64,000 bases of DNA from Candidatus Moraniibacteriota bacterium (GTDB lineage: Bacteria; Patescibacteriota; Minisyncoccia; Moranbacterales; UBA1568): NCBI GenBank assembly GCA_963743885.1, contig CAVURJ010000002.1, positions 369,706 to 433,705 of the forward strand, read 5' to 3'. Within the stretch, counting starts at the first letter, position 1, and each line of letters starts with the position of its first letter. Made by a program: the position numbers and the translations under genes. Positions 29,983 to 39,887 of the stretch are shown piece by piece. A model generated the notes under the pieces. The model saw only the letters and a program-made list of their open reading frames with translations, was not told where the DNA came from and ran no database searches.

Positions 29983-31101
29983 TTATAATGAATCATATAT
30001 ACGTTCATATTGTTCCACGGTCTTTCGGAGATCGAAGCGCTCTTCGACGAACGCGCGGGCAGCGGTGCCGAGCCGGGCTCTGGCGTCTGGATTATCCTTG
30101 AGATAAGCCAATTTTTCCTCGAATTCTCTCGCTATGCCACGGGGTATAGTAGCACAGATGTTCTCATTTGAGAACTCCGCGAAGATGGGAAGATCAGAGA
30201 GAATGACTGGCTTGCCGCAAGCGTAAGCTTCGATGATGACGAGCGGCACATCGAACTTGCCGCGCATGTCGTTCACGGGGAAAGCCATGATGTCGGCAAG
30301 ATTGTAGAGCTTGGGCATGTCGGCGTAGGTATCGGTGAAGCGTATATGACCGATGACACCGGCTGCCTCGAAGCGCTTTACAATCTCCTCCTTCTTCAGA
30401 CGGTCGTCCTCATGCTTGACGCGACAGGCAAAAACGAACTTCATATCCGAATCCGGATGCCGAGTGAAGTATGAAATCAACCACTCGGTGAGCATATCGG
30501 TCGCGCCGAGGCGGACGTATTCGCCCGGGTACATGACGACGAAGTCCTTCTCGGTAAGACTGAAATGTGCGAGCGCGGCGGTATCCTTAGCGGCCGGGCG
30601 GTAGAGATCAAGGTCGATACCAGGATAGATGCGCGTGACGTTCGTGAAGCCGAGACTCTCCAGACGATGCAGGGAGTAGTCAGAGTAGACAATGATGCGG
30701 TCGGCGAAAAGGAGTTCTCTCAGCTGCTTGGGACCGTAGAGGTCCTCGCGGAGCGTCGCGACGGTCTGGATGGTCTTGCCGCGGGTCGGTCGGCTGAAAT
30801 AATTGATGATTGAGGTGTTGTTGCGGGTCGGTGTGAAAAGGTAGTGCGTGATATCAAACTTGTTCCGCAGACCGCGCAGGCTCTTGAGCAGGCGGAGCTT
30901 CTCGGAGAAATCAAGCTCATTCTTGGTGTAGCAGGGGATTTGCGTGACATTAGCTGGCAGGTCGGAGAGCCAAACGGGCGTCGTCAAAATACTCACATGA
31001 TGAGTCGTGAGCGACTTCGCGAGGAAGTAGGCGAAGTTCTTGGAGGCTTCGTCCCAGGGAGGAACCAATGGACGAGTAGCGAGAAGAATCTTTTTGATCA
31101 T
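29983..31101 (-). CDS. GT4-like (GT-B fold) glycosyltransferase
   Basis: C-terminal EAYACGKPVILSDLP motif. Confidence 0.6.
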   Translation of the reverse strand: MIKKILLATRPLVPPWDEASKNFAYFLAKSLTTHHVSILTTPVWLSDLPANVTQIPCYTKNELDFSEKLRLLKSLRGLRNKFDITHYLFTPTRNNTSIINYFSRPTRGKTIQTVATLREDLYGPKQLRELLFADRIIVYSDYSLHRLESLGFTNVTRIYPGIDLDLYRPAAKDTAALAHFSLTEKDFVVMYPGEYVRLGATDMLTEWLISYFTRHPDSDMKFVFACRVKHEDDRLKKEEIVKRFEAAGVIGHIRFTDTYADMPKLYNLADIMAFPVNDMRGKFDVPLVIIEAYACGKPVILSDLPIFAEFSNENICATIPRGIAREFEEKLAYLKDNPDARARLGTAARAFVEERFDLRKTVEQYERIYDSL

Positions 31102-31107
31102 ATCTTA

Positions 31108-31262
31108 TAAATTCAAAACTCAAAATTTCAAGCTCCAAATAAATCTTAAATTCTAATTTTCAAAATTTTAAACATTTCGATGTTTTTGATTTTGATATTG
31201 TTATTTGTTTGCCTGCCTGCCGGTAGGCAGGGAAATTGGGATTTTGGATTTGGTGCTTATGT
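31108..31262. repeat. Intergenic repeat family, copy B (with a GC-rich palindromic insert, gcctgcctgccggtaggcaggg)
   Basis: aaattcaaaactcaaaatttcaagctccaaataaatcttaaattctaattttcaaaa ... gggattttggatttggtgcttatg. Confidence 0.75.
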
Positions 31263-31264
31263 AT

Positions 31265-31624
31265 TCATCGATATAGTTCTTTCTTCTCCGTCCCATCGCT
31301 TACAATGACCGAGGTACGGGTACCGGGTACGGCCGGCTGGTCTGGCGTGATAGTGATCGATTTTCCTTTCTCGACGATGAAGGAAGCTTCAGAAAGCACT
31401 CGCTTATCGGAAATGATCTGGTAATCGAAGCGCGCAGTGTCGCTATGGTTACCAACGATGAAGGCAAGGTTGTCTGCCTGGTCGAGCGCGACAAATGAGA
31501 GCGTCCACCAGCTGCCGGCGCGGTCAGGATCCATCTCGCGCGCATTCTGCCAGAAAAGAAGGACGGCGCTTGCGGCGAAGAGGGCGAGGAACGCAATGAT
31601 GAGAGTCTTTTGGGACATAGTCAT
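31265..31624 (-). CDS. Small signal-anchored hypothetical protein
   Basis: N-terminal TM helix (LIIAFLALFAASAVLLF), 119 aa. Confidence 0.35.
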   Translation of the reverse strand: MTMSQKTLIIAFLALFAASAVLLFWQNAREMDPDRAGSWWTLSFVALDQADNLAFIVGNHSDTARFDYQIISDKRVLSEASFIVEKGKSITITPDQPAVPGTRTSVIVSDGTEKKELYR

Positions 31625-31625
31625 T

Positions 31626-31750
31626 TAAATTCAAAATCTCAAGCTCCAAATAAATTCAAAATCTTAATTTCAAAATCCGAAACGTTTGATTTTTTGAGTT
31701 TTGATATTGTGATTTATTTGGAAATTGTAATTTTTGATTTGTGATTTACT
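31626..31750. repeat. Intergenic repeat family, copy C
   Basis: aaattcaaaatctcaagctccaaataaattcaaaatcttaatttcaaaa ... gatttatttggaaattgtaatttttgatttgtgatttac. Confidence 0.75.
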
Positions 31751-33716
31751 TCGTTCTTTTATAAATATCCACCAGTTCAGAAGCATATACTCTGGAGAAA
31801 GATGATGATTTCTCGAACTGCGCCGTATCGTATGCCGGGTTGACCATGACGAGGTCAGTACTGGTCTCGGCATAGCATTTCTCTCCTTGTGGGGTATTGG
31901 GCACTGAGATCATGAGGAGTGTGCACTGCTCGCGGTTTGGATTGTCCTCGTAGCGCTTGAAAAAACCACGTGAGAACGGATAGGAGTAGTCGCGCATGAA
32001 GAAGAGCTTGATCCAAGAGTCCGCGGAGAGATAGTTGTGATCTTTGAGAACGACATCGCTCGTGTCGGTCCGATCTGAGAGATAGCGCGACGCGGCGAAG
32101 GTTTGGGCAGCTTCAAGAGATTTGGTTGCCGGTAGAAGCGTCTGGCTATTGTCGAAGGATCCGCTGCCGGACGCGAAGGCAAAGACAGAAAAAATGGCGA
32201 CGAGAAAAAGAATCGGCGGGAAATAGGTCCTTCGGTCGGTATTCCGGATCCAGGCGAAGAGCATGATGATGCCAAAAGCGGCGAGCAGACCGAGCGGAAA
32301 GGAGAGATACGCGCCGATGCGGCTCGAGGGGATATCGATGAAAAGCCACTCTGGTCGCATGGTCATGATAAGGAGGATGATACTCCAGCCCGCGAGGAAG
32401 GCGCCAGCATAGGAACGGCGGGCCTTGCGGAGCATAAGGAGAGCGGCGAGTCCTGCGAGGCCGAGAGCGACGCGTGCTTCGCCGTTTGAGGATGCGATCT
32501 GCAGGAAGGAAAGGCCAGTGCGTGTCGTCTTGGTCGGAGTACCGATGGCGGTGCCGACGGCATGGGTCTCGATATAGGTCGGCATTGCGACTGCGAAGAA
32601 GAAGACGATGCAGGCAATCGCGACGAGAAGCGGTCCAGGTGAGAGGATGAGTCGCATCCAGGAACGGAAAGTCTCTTGGAGGTCATCTGATCGGAAGATG
32701 AGATAGGCGAAGACGGAAGCAGCGAGCGTGAAGAGGAGAATGAGTGTACTCAGATGATGCGTGTAGGCGAGTGTGAAGGTGAGGAAGAATCCGAGCGCGA
32801 GGAAGCCAGAGCGTTTTTCAGTGAAAGCGCGGTAATAAGCGAGGAGGATGAGTGGGATGAAAAGGTTGCCGAATGTGTTGCCGACGACGCCGCCGGAAAC
32901 GAACTTGGCTTGTGGCGAGGCAAGACTGTAGATCGGTCCGAAAAGGAAGAGTGTAGCAAGTGCGATATTGCCAGGATTGAAGATGCTTTCGGAAGTGAAG
33001 AGGCCTTTCAATCCGGAGGCGAGTCTATAGGCAAGGAAAGCGATTGCAAGGAGTGCAAGGAGATTGACGAAGAGGAGGAAAACAATCGGGAAAGCTGAGA
33101 AAAAGCTAGCGCCGGAGAAGATCGCTACCGCCGCGAAGGGAAGATGCTCGCCGATGATGAAGTCAGCGATTGGCTGCGGATCAGATAGAGCATAGGCGCC
33201 GTCGATGCCGGTCACGATCTCTTGCTTCGCATAAGAGGGGAGCGTACCGGTCTCCGCGACGAGTTTCGCCCAGTACATATGATGACCGAGGTCAGTCGCG
33301 GTCGGAAGCACAGCGTGCATCATGTAGATGGTTTTGATAAGGAGAGTCAGCACGAGGATAGAGAGGAAGACCCAGCCTTGGCGCTTCGAGAAGGCGGGCT
33401 GATCAGAGAGGATAGCTGCCCCAGTAGTTTCTGGTCGGACTTTCCGTATGAGTGAGATGACAAGTACGAGGAGTGCGAGTCCGGAAAGCGTGCCTGTCGC
33501 GAGCGAGAGCGGACTGAAAAGCACCCCGGACTTGCCGAGGGCGATCATGAGGAAGTCGAGGAATCCGATGCTTGTTGCGAATGAGAACAGAAGTGTCTCA
33601 AACGGCACGAGTGAGCCATCCTTCCTGAAAGCGGCACGCAGCAAAAAGAATCCTGGTACGAAAAAAAGGATGCCAGAAACAAGAAGGAATGAGAATGAAG
33701 GGAAAAATGCGTGCAT
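31746..33716 (-). CDS. Large polytopic membrane protein with a C-terminal soluble domain (GT-C-like architecture, hypothetical)
   Basis: More than 14 predicted TM helices over about 520 aa, then a soluble tail of about 130 aa. Confidence 0.4.
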   Translation of the reverse strand: MHAFFPSFSFLLVSGILFFVPGFFLLRAAFRKDGSLVPFETLLFSFATSIGFLDFLMIALGKSGVLFSPLSLATGTLSGLALLVLVISLIRKVRPETTGAAILSDQPAFSKRQGWVFLSILVLTLLIKTIYMMHAVLPTATDLGHHMYWAKLVAETGTLPSYAKQEIVTGIDGAYALSDPQPIADFIIGEHLPFAAVAIFSGASFFSAFPIVFLLFVNLLALLAIAFLAYRLASGLKGLFTSESIFNPGNIALATLFLFGPIYSLASPQAKFVSGGVVGNTFGNLFIPLILLAYYRAFTEKRSGFLALGFFLTFTLAYTHHLSTLILLFTLAASVFAYLIFRSDDLQETFRSWMRLILSPGPLLVAIACIVFFFAVAMPTYIETHAVGTAIGTPTKTTRTGLSFLQIASSNGEARVALGLAGLAALLMLRKARRSYAGAFLAGWSIILLIMTMRPEWLFIDIPSSRIGAYLSFPLGLLAAFGIIMLFAWIRNTDRRTYFPPILFLVAIFSVFAFASGSGSFDNSQTLLPATKSLEAAQTFAASRYLSDRTDTSDVVLKDHNYLSADSWIKLFFMRDYSYPFSRGFFKRYEDNPNREQCTLLMISVPNTPQGEKCYAETSTDLVMVNPAYDTAQFEKSSSFSRVYASELVDIYKRTK

Positions 33717-33803
33717 AACACGATGTTAGACATAAAACCACCCCTCAGTCTCGATGACTCAACAGCTCCCCTTGGAAAGGGGAGCGGGAGAGAGGTAGAA
33801 TCT

Positions 33804-34889
33804 CTATCTAGTATGCACTTTTTCGGCTATTTTTTCCAGTGCCTCGATATAGAGGCGAGAGACGTATTCCCAGGAATAGTGATCCACGACATAGCGGCGG
33901 ACCTGCTTTCGGAAATCCGCAAGTTTGGCATTGTCCGCGAGGAGCTCGGTGATGACGGAGACGTATTGCTCTATATTCTCTGTTTCGACGAGCCGACCGT
34001 TCTCGTCATCCTTGATGGCGTCCATCAGTCCTTCGAGTGCCGAGGCGACGACAGGCAATTCACAGGAGGCAGCTTCAATGACGGAGATGCCGAAACCTTC
34101 CATGTCACCTTCTACCTTGATATTTGGCTGGATGAAGAGGTCACAGGTATTGAGGAGTGTATCGCGCACATCATCCGAGACGTAGCCAAACATTCGGACG
34201 CGGTCAATCATCCCAGCATCTCTGCGAGCATGCTCGATATGCTCGCGGTCGACACCGTCACCAGCCACAACATAAAGGATGTTCTCAGGAAGCGCTGGCA
34301 TGACGTTCCTCACGAACCAGGCGACGCCTTTGCGCAGAGCGAGCCGGCCGGAAGTGAGGAGGACGTGTTTACCCGCAAGCGAAAGACCAAGGATGTCCTC
34401 GAGCTCCTTCCGATCATGTTGACCGAAATGCTTTTCCGTATCGACGCCGTTCGGGATGAAGGTGAATTTGGCTTCCGGGATGCCACGCGCGACGCCCTGG
34501 CGGATCGTCTCATTGCCGACAGCGATCAGCCCGTCGAGCGAAGGGATGAAGAAGTGGACCCAGACGGCCTGGTAGAAAGCACTTTTGAAAGTGAGGTCGA
34601 GCCCGTGAACGACCGAAATGATGGTCTTTTTCGGATAGCAGAGCTTCACGGCCCATCCGACGCAGGCGAGCACGCCATCACCAAGAAGGAGGACGTCATA
34701 CTGTGGCATGAGAAAAAACGCTTTGATGAGCGCGTAGGGCAGGAAGAATGGCAGAAAGTTCTTGCCTTTCGTATTGGCGATGGTCCGGACCTCCGCGTGC
34801 TTTGGCAACCACTCTGAGAGTTCGTAGTTCTGGTTCTCAATGCCACCGACGATCGGAGGGTAGGCACGGGAGATGAACAAAATCCGCAT
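33804..34889 (-). CDS. GT4-family glycosyltransferase
   Basis: MRILFISRAYPP at the N-terminus and FGISVIEAASCELPVVAS at the C-terminus. The caller start MNLFGNCNFEF lies in repeat copy D and is rejected. Confidence 0.8.
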   Translation of the reverse strand: MRILFISRAYPPIVGGIENQNYELSEWLPKHAEVRTIANTKGKNFLPFFLPYALIKAFFLMPQYDVLLLGDGVLACVGWAVKLCYPKKTIISVVHGLDLTFKSAFYQAVWVHFFIPSLDGLIAVGNETIRQGVARGIPEAKFTFIPNGVDTEKHFGQHDRKELEDILGLSLAGKHVLLTSGRLALRKGVAWFVRNVMPALPENILYVVAGDGVDREHIEHARRDAGMIDRVRMFGYVSDDVRDTLLNTCDLFIQPNIKVEGDMEGFGISVIEAASCELPVVASALEGLMDAIKDDENGRLVETENIEQYVSVITELLADNAKLADFRKQVRRYVVDHYSWEYVSRLYIEALEKIAEKVHTR

Positions 34890-34894
34890 AGATT

Positions 34895-35030
34895 TGAAAG
34901 CACAAAATTCAAAATTACAATTTCCAAATAAATTCAAACAGTAAAAAATTCAAAAATCAAAACGGCCTGATTTTGAAAATTAGAATTTGTGATTTATTTG
35001 GAACTTGAGATTTTTGATTTTGAATTTTAT
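34895..35030. repeat. Intergenic repeat family, copy D
   Basis: aaaattcaaaattacaatttccaaataaattcaaa ... gatttatttggaacttgagatttttgattttgaatttta. Confidence 0.75.
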
Positions 35031-35980
35031 TTCCCGTATCTTTCCTTCTTCAGCTGGTACATCAAATCCTCGGTCAGCTTGCGGTTGGACTTGATCATAT
35101 CGGCGATGAAAGCAAAGATGAGGAGCTGGATGCCGATGATGAAGGTCACGCTCGAGATGATGAGGTAGTTGAGATACGGCGTGATCTTGAAGCCGCTTGC
35201 GAAATATTGAACGAAAAACGCGATGAATCCGGCGAAAGCGAAGCCGATAAGGATGAGCCCCGGGATGCCGAAGAACTTCATCGGGCGGACATCGCGCACG
35301 GCCTTCAGGATAATGCGGGCGCTGTTGTTAACGAAGCTCCAGACGCTCTTTACGATCTTGGACTTCCGATCGGCGAAGTAGGTGACCGTGACCGGGACCC
35401 AGAGGACGCGCAGGTTCTTGCCGACAGCATCGATGATGGTCTCTTGGGTATAGGTGAAGCCGGTCGGATTGTTGAGGCGGAGCAGCGTCTCGCGGCTGTG
35501 TGCGCGGAAGCCGCAGGTGAGGTCATCTGTCTTGACGTTGAGGAATGACCCTACGAGCGATGCACCGAGACGATTGAAGAAATCCTTGATCCATGGGATG
35601 TTCTTGGCGGTCGACTGCGAGAAGCGGTCACCCACGACCATATCAGCCTTGTTCGTGAGGATAGGGTCGATGAGTGTCTGGATCTCGGCAGCATCGAACT
35701 GGCCGTCCGCATCGATATTAACCATGATATCAGCGCCTTCCTTGAGGGCGTTCTCGCTCGCGGTCGCGAACATCACGCCGAGGCGTCGGTTGATGCCGTG
35801 CCGGAGGACAAAATCTGCGCCAGCTTCTTTGGCGACATCGGCGGTGCGGTCGGATGATCCGTCGTCGACGACCTGGATGAAGGTCTCATCGATGCCGTTG
35901 AATCGGCGTGGCATATTCTGGATCGTCTTGCCGATGACAGACTCCTCGTTGTAGGCCGGGATGTTGATGATGAGACGCAT
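35027..35980 (-). CDS. GT2 polyprenol-phosphate glycosyltransferase (GtrB/DPM1-like) with C-terminal TM helices
   Basis: INIPAYNEE, VVDDGSSDRT and NIDADGQ motifs, with two C-terminal TM helices. Confidence 0.85.
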   Translation of the reverse strand: MRLIINIPAYNEESVIGKTIQNMPRRFNGIDETFIQVVDDGSSDRTADVAKEAGADFVLRHGINRRLGVMFATASENALKEGADIMVNIDADGQFDAAEIQTLIDPILTNKADMVVGDRFSQSTAKNIPWIKDFFNRLGASLVGSFLNVKTDDLTCGFRAHSRETLLRLNNPTGFTYTQETIIDAVGKNLRVLWVPVTVTYFADRKSKIVKSVWSFVNNSARIILKAVRDVRPMKFFGIPGLILIGFAFAGFIAFFVQYFASGFKITPYLNYLIISSVTFIIGIQLLIFAFIADMIKSNRKLTEDLMYQLKKERYGK

Positions 35981-36023
35981 ACCAAGTGTGATAAGTGATG
36001 ATTGATGAGAGACAGATGATAGA

Positions 36024-36239
36024 TTAGAGCTTCTGGATTTCCTTGAGGTCCTTGTCGGGGAGATAGAGGATTAGGAGGCCGATGACCACGCCGCCGATAG
36101 CTGTAATCATCTTGTTCCCGTCGAGCAGGTAGATATCCACGCCATCAAGGACGTGCCATATGCCACGCCATACCAAGACGAGCCCGATGACGATGCTGAG
36201 ATTCTTCGTGAGATAAGAGAGCGTCAGCTTATGTTTCAT
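36024..36239 (-). CDS. Small 2-TM membrane protein
   Basis: 71 aa and hydrophobic, immediately downstream of the GT2 gene. Confidence 0.35.
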   Translation of the reverse strand: MKHKLTLSYLTKNLSIVIGLVLVWRGIWHVLDGVDIYLLDGNKMITAIGGVVIGLLILYLPDKDLKEIQKL

Positions 36240-36279
36240 AGGATAGCTTGGTTAGGCGGATATATGGATGATGTCTGTT

Positions 36280-36531
36280 CTACTTTGATGACTGCTTCTT
36301 GATGAAGAGCGATGGATCGACGCAGCGGAATTTTGTGATGCACTGCTCCTTCACACCCTCGACGCCCTTGCTGATGAGCGTCTTTTGGCACTCATCAAGC
36401 TGCTTACGGCACTCTGCTTGCGCACCTTTGAAATAGCTCACGTTGAGCTCATAACCGAAGTAGGGCAGCACGAAATACGCGATAACAGCAATCCCAGCGA
36501 TCCAGATGATGAGACGGATGAGGTGAAACAT
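36280..36531 (-). CDS. Small membrane-anchored Cys-rich protein
   Basis: 83 aa, N-terminal TM helix, 5 Cys. Confidence 0.35.
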   Translation of the reverse strand: MFHLIRLIIWIAGIAVIAYFVLPYFGYELNVSYFKGAQAECRKQLDECQKTLISKGVEGVKEQCITKFRCVDPSLFIKKQSSK

Positions 36532-36548
36532 ATCTTTTTGATATTTAT

Positions 36549-36632
36549 CCGTTAACGAGTTATACGGGTTAACGGGTTACAATCCAATGAATTTCTCACT
36601 CGAACTCGTTAACGCGTGAACACGTTAACTGA
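36549..36632. promoter_or_regulatory. GTTAACG-containing motif, copy 2
   Basis: ccgttaacgagttatacgggttaacgggttac ... cgaactcgttaacgcgtgaacacgttaactg. Confidence 0.45.
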
Positions 36633-36642
36633 ATAACCGTAC

Positions 36643-37932
36643 TCATCTGCCGATGCCACGATAGACGAACGACTTCTCCTTCATGAAAAGGTCACGGTCG
36701 AGACAGTTCTTGCCGTCGAGCACTGCTTTGATCTTGTATTTCTTGAGCAGCGCCGGAGTGAGCGCCTTCATGAACTCCTTGTGGTTGGTCGCGATGAAGA
36801 GCGCATCGGACTTCTTGAGGAGTGCCTCGAGACTCTTCACGGTCGAGAGCTTCGGCAGGTATGGATCATAGGACTCCACCTTCGCCTTGTGCTCCTTCAG
36901 GTGCTTGATCACTTCGATGGCTGGGGATTCGCGCAGGTCATCGATATCCGCCTTGTAGGCGAGGCCGAGGACGCCGACCGTTGTACCGTTCATAGCGATC
37001 TTCTTCTCATTAAGCGCGTCCTGGAGCCGTTCCACGGCATACATCGGCATATTGTCGTTGGTCTGGATAGCGTGGCGCAGGAAGACATGGTCGAAGCCGG
37101 ATTCCTTGGCACGCTGCACGAGATAGTGCGGATCGACCGGGATGCAGTGGCCGCCGATGCCACAGGACGGGTAGTGTGCCATGAAGGCGAACGGCTTGGT
37201 CGCGGCGCCGGTGATGACATCCTTCACATCAATGCCGAGCTTGTCGAATGACATAGCGATCTCGTTGACGAACGCAATATTGACGTTGCGGAAGGAATTC
37301 TCAAGGATCTTGGTCGCTTCGGCTTCGCGGATGGACTTCATCGGCCGGATATCGGCATCGATGATGCTTCGGTAGAAATCGAGCGACATCTGGAGGCCCT
37401 TCTTGTCGAATGAGCCAACGACGCGAGGGATGTTGGTCACATCCCACTTCGGATCTCCAGGATTGATGCGCTCCGGGCAGTGCGAGATGAAGACATCGCG
37501 GCTTACAGTGAAGCCATACTGCTCGAAGATCGGCTTGACGACTTCCTCGGAGACGTACGGATTGACGGTTGATTCGAGCACGACGAGCGCGCCTTGCTTG
37601 CAGTGCGTCGCCACCGTTTCCGAAGCGCCGATGACCGGGGTAAGGTCCGGCTGACGAAGTTCATCGACCGGTGTCGGAACGCAGATGATATGGATATCGG
37701 CCTGAGCGATATCTTTCGGATTACTGGTCACCTTGATAGGGTACTTTTGCTGGTTCTTCTTCAGGTAGGCATCTTTGAAGATCTGCTTCCCAGCTTTGAG
37801 AGCTGTGATCTTGCGCTCATCGATATCAAAACCGATGACGTCGTATCCGCGCTCCTTCGCCCGCACAGCGAGCGGGAGACCGACATATCCGAGACCAATC
37901 ACTGCCACCACCGGCTTCTGTGTCTTTGCCAT
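36643..37932 (-). CDS. Nucleotide-sugar dehydrogenase (UDP-GlcNAc/ManNAc 6-dehydrogenase-like, WecC/WbpA-type)
   Basis: VIGLGYVGLPLA Rossmann motif, a catalytic Cys region (SCGIGGHCIPVDP), and the UDPG_MGDP_dh C-terminal domain. The start is taken at MAKTQKP. Confidence 0.85.
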   Translation of the reverse strand: MAKTQKPVVAVIGLGYVGLPLAVRAKERGYDVIGFDIDERKITALKAGKQIFKDAYLKKNQQKYPIKVTSNPKDIAQADIHIICVPTPVDELRQPDLTPVIGASETVATHCKQGALVVLESTVNPYVSEEVVKPIFEQYGFTVSRDVFISHCPERINPGDPKWDVTNIPRVVGSFDKKGLQMSLDFYRSIIDADIRPMKSIREAEATKILENSFRNVNIAFVNEIAMSFDKLGIDVKDVITGAATKPFAFMAHYPSCGIGGHCIPVDPHYLVQRAKESGFDHVFLRHAIQTNDNMPMYAVERLQDALNEKKIAMNGTTVGVLGLAYKADIDDLRESPAIEVIKHLKEHKAKVESYDPYLPKLSTVKSLEALLKKSDALFIATNHKEFMKALTPALLKKYKIKAVLDGKNCLDRDLFMKEKSFVYRGIGR

Positions 37933-38007
37933 AGCGATCAAAACAGAGGAATTAGATATGACTCCATTGTAGGCGACAAGGACCCCTCTGGCAAGGTAAA
38001 AATCCAA

Positions 38008-38200
38008 GTAACTGTCTAAAATCTCACCGCTTCATAAAAGAAGAAGAGGATCTGCTTGTCGGCTGAAATTCTGAAATTTCGGCTGCAAAACGCGAATGCT
38101 TCGTCAGGTTATCTTCCAGGTAGCCTTTCCGAACCCTTCACATTTTTCGCACGAAATTTCCGAATTTCAACTCGACATGAGATTTTAGACAGTTACTTAA
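38008..38200. repeat. Large nested imperfect palindrome in the divergent intergenic region
   Basis: aagtaactgtctaaaatctca (38015-38035) is a perfect inverse of tgagattttagacagttactt (38170-38192). An inner arm pair is ggctgaaattctgaaatttcgg / cgaaatttccgaatttcaac. Confidence 0.6.
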
Positions 38201-38293
38201 AAGATTGGCTTTCTTTGGGATAAGAATGTAAACTTGATTCTAGATTTCACAGCTTTGTAATTTGGGTTTTGGATTTTGGTATTTACTTCGGAT

Positions 38294-38902
38294 ATGTTTC
38301 TCACACCGAAAATTGAACAGGCCATCAAGCGGGCGACGGAGCTCCATGATGGTCAGAAACGCAAGGTGAGCGGGATGCCGTATATCGTGCATCCGTACGC
38401 GGTCGCTTTTCTTTTGGCGCACTATACCGAAGATGAAGATGTCATCATTGCCGGCCTCCTGCATGACGTCCTCGAAGACGTGCCTGGCTATACGGAAGAC
38501 GATCTCATCGCCGAGTTCGGCGCACGCGTCACGGCGATCGTGAAGGAAGTGACAGAAGATTATACAGAAGCCGAGAAGGTGGATCACAGCCTCCGCCGGC
38601 AGGGGTGGAAGGAGCGCAAGAAAAAATATCTCGCCAACCTATCCGATGATAGCCACGAAGCGCTTCTCGTCGCGACGGCCGACAAGATCCACAATATCCG
38701 CTCGCTCATCGATGATTATACGGTGCACGGCGAAGCGACATGGGAGCGGCTTGGCAATAAGGAGCGGATCTTCTGGTTTTATGGAGAGACAGTCCGCATC
38801 ATCTCTGAACGACTCAGCCACCCGTTGTCTGAAGAATTGAGAAAAACCTTTGATGAAGCCAAAAAGGTAGTCGCTAACAATAGTATTTCAGATGAATCTT
38901 GA
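38294..38902 (+). CDS. HD-domain phosphohydrolase (RelA/SpoT-like small alarmone hydrolase type)
   Basis: HD motif (IVHPYAVA ... LLHDVLED), about 200 aa. The start is reassigned to MFLTPK because the caller start lies in a partial repeat. Confidence 0.65.
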   Translation: MFLTPKIEQAIKRATELHDGQKRKVSGMPYIVHPYAVAFLLAHYTEDEDVIIAGLLHDVLEDVPGYTEDDLIAEFGARVTAIVKEVTEDYTEAEKVDHSLRRQGWKERKKKYLANLSDDSHEALLVATADKIHNIRSLIDDYTVHGEATWERLGNKERIFWFYGETVRIISERLSHPLSEELRKTFDEAKKVVANNSISDES

Positions 38903-38927
38903 CAGAATCTTGATAAGGTGCTATACT
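38899..38927 (+). promoter_or_regulatory. Consensus sigma70 promoter P1 (TTGACA - 17 bp - TATACT)
   Basis: cTTGACAgaatcttgataaggtgcTATACTg. Confidence 0.6.
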
Positions 38928-38929
38928 GT

Positions 38930-39870
38930 TTCTTCACCCTGAAATACTTTATAGCATTGACGGGCGAAAGGATTGATGGTATATTAGTCCTATGTTCTTT
39001 GAATGATTATGATGATGTCTCAAGAGAAGCGGACGGTACCGCGGGTAGCTTGTTTGTCCTGAAGAGTTCGGAACAAGCAAGCTACCGACGTGGTAGTATC
39101 TGAAGGAGCAATCCGACATGAAGAGGTTCGCCTTCGCGATGAGCATCGACTACACGACACGTACGACCAAAACCTGCGCCTCCGGCACCGGCAGTTCCTG
39201 AACCACGCTGGGCGGCCAGGGCGACGCTTTTCAGGTGTTCCTTCGGGGATACCGAGAGCGTGCCAGCCCTTTCGCCGACCTGCGGTCGTGAGCAGGAGTA
39301 GTAAGTAGTTCGCGACATTCCGCCGGGATATGAAAATCCCACGGGACGAAGGCAAGGAATAGGGGACAGACGTCCGATTGGTTGTGTCGCGTCCAGTAAG
39401 TACGGATGCGCCTGAAGATCGGTCCGAGTCCGCCACCTGTCCCTTGCGTCCCAAGGGTTTTCCGACGGAAAAGGGTAAGTATCATCATCGCCAATCGCGC
39501 ATGGGCTTCGGGGGAATTCGATCTCCCGCGTCTAGGCTATCGGCCGCGTACCCCTGATTTTTTTGGGTCGCCGCCGCGCCGCTCGCCCATCGTGCACAAC
39601 GAGGAGGAAGCAATGCAAGCATCGCAACCCCTCGACGACATCGACCATCGCCGGTTCCGGTACCATGCGGCTCTGACCCGCATATCGGCCGGACGACTGA
39701 TGGACGCGTCGTCGCCTGACATTTCAGGCTCACGCCAGCTGATAACGAAGTTCTAAAGGGAACGGAGAATCGGCGGCAGGCAGGCGCTCTCCTGCCAGAA
39801 TACATTTTCGAAAAGTGTGGTATAATCCGGGGCCTCGTGCAGATTCTTTGCATGAGGCCCCTTCAACTTT
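38930..39870 (+). ncRNA. Candidate large structured non-coding RNA (about 0.9 kb, class unknown), or a decayed gene
   Basis: About 1.1 kb with no plausible ORF (only Arg/Pro-rich junk frames). It is GC-rich, preceded by tandem consensus promoters, and ends at two strong intrinsic terminators. Local hairpins are abundant. Confidence 0.3.
38957..38985 (+). promoter_or_regulatory. Near-consensus sigma70 promoter P2 (TTGACG - 17 bp - TATATT)
   Basis: aTTGACGggcgaaaggattgatggTATATTa. Confidence 0.55.
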
Positions 39871-39876
39871 TTTCTC
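39829..39876 (+). terminator. Strong intrinsic terminator
   Basis: GGGGCCTCGTGCAgattctttTGCATGAGGCCCCttcaactttttt. Confidence 0.75.
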
Positions 39877-39887
39877 TACTGTTTTTT

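Noticed and set aside
39495-39520. tRNA/tmRNA-like T-arm (cgggggaattcgatctcccg) inside the candidate ncRNA
   Set aside because: It has an 8-nt loop and no acceptor stem or CCA context. It is not a tRNA, so I left it as part of the unknown RNA candidate.
38930-39870. RNase P RNA, tmRNA or SRP RNA as the identity of the ORF-free transcript
   Set aside because: I could not find the conserved P4 (GGAAAGTCCGG / ACAGAANCCGGCTTA), tmRNA (GATTCGACGGG, tag ORF, CCACCA end) or SRP (AGCAGCC) motifs. The class is left open.
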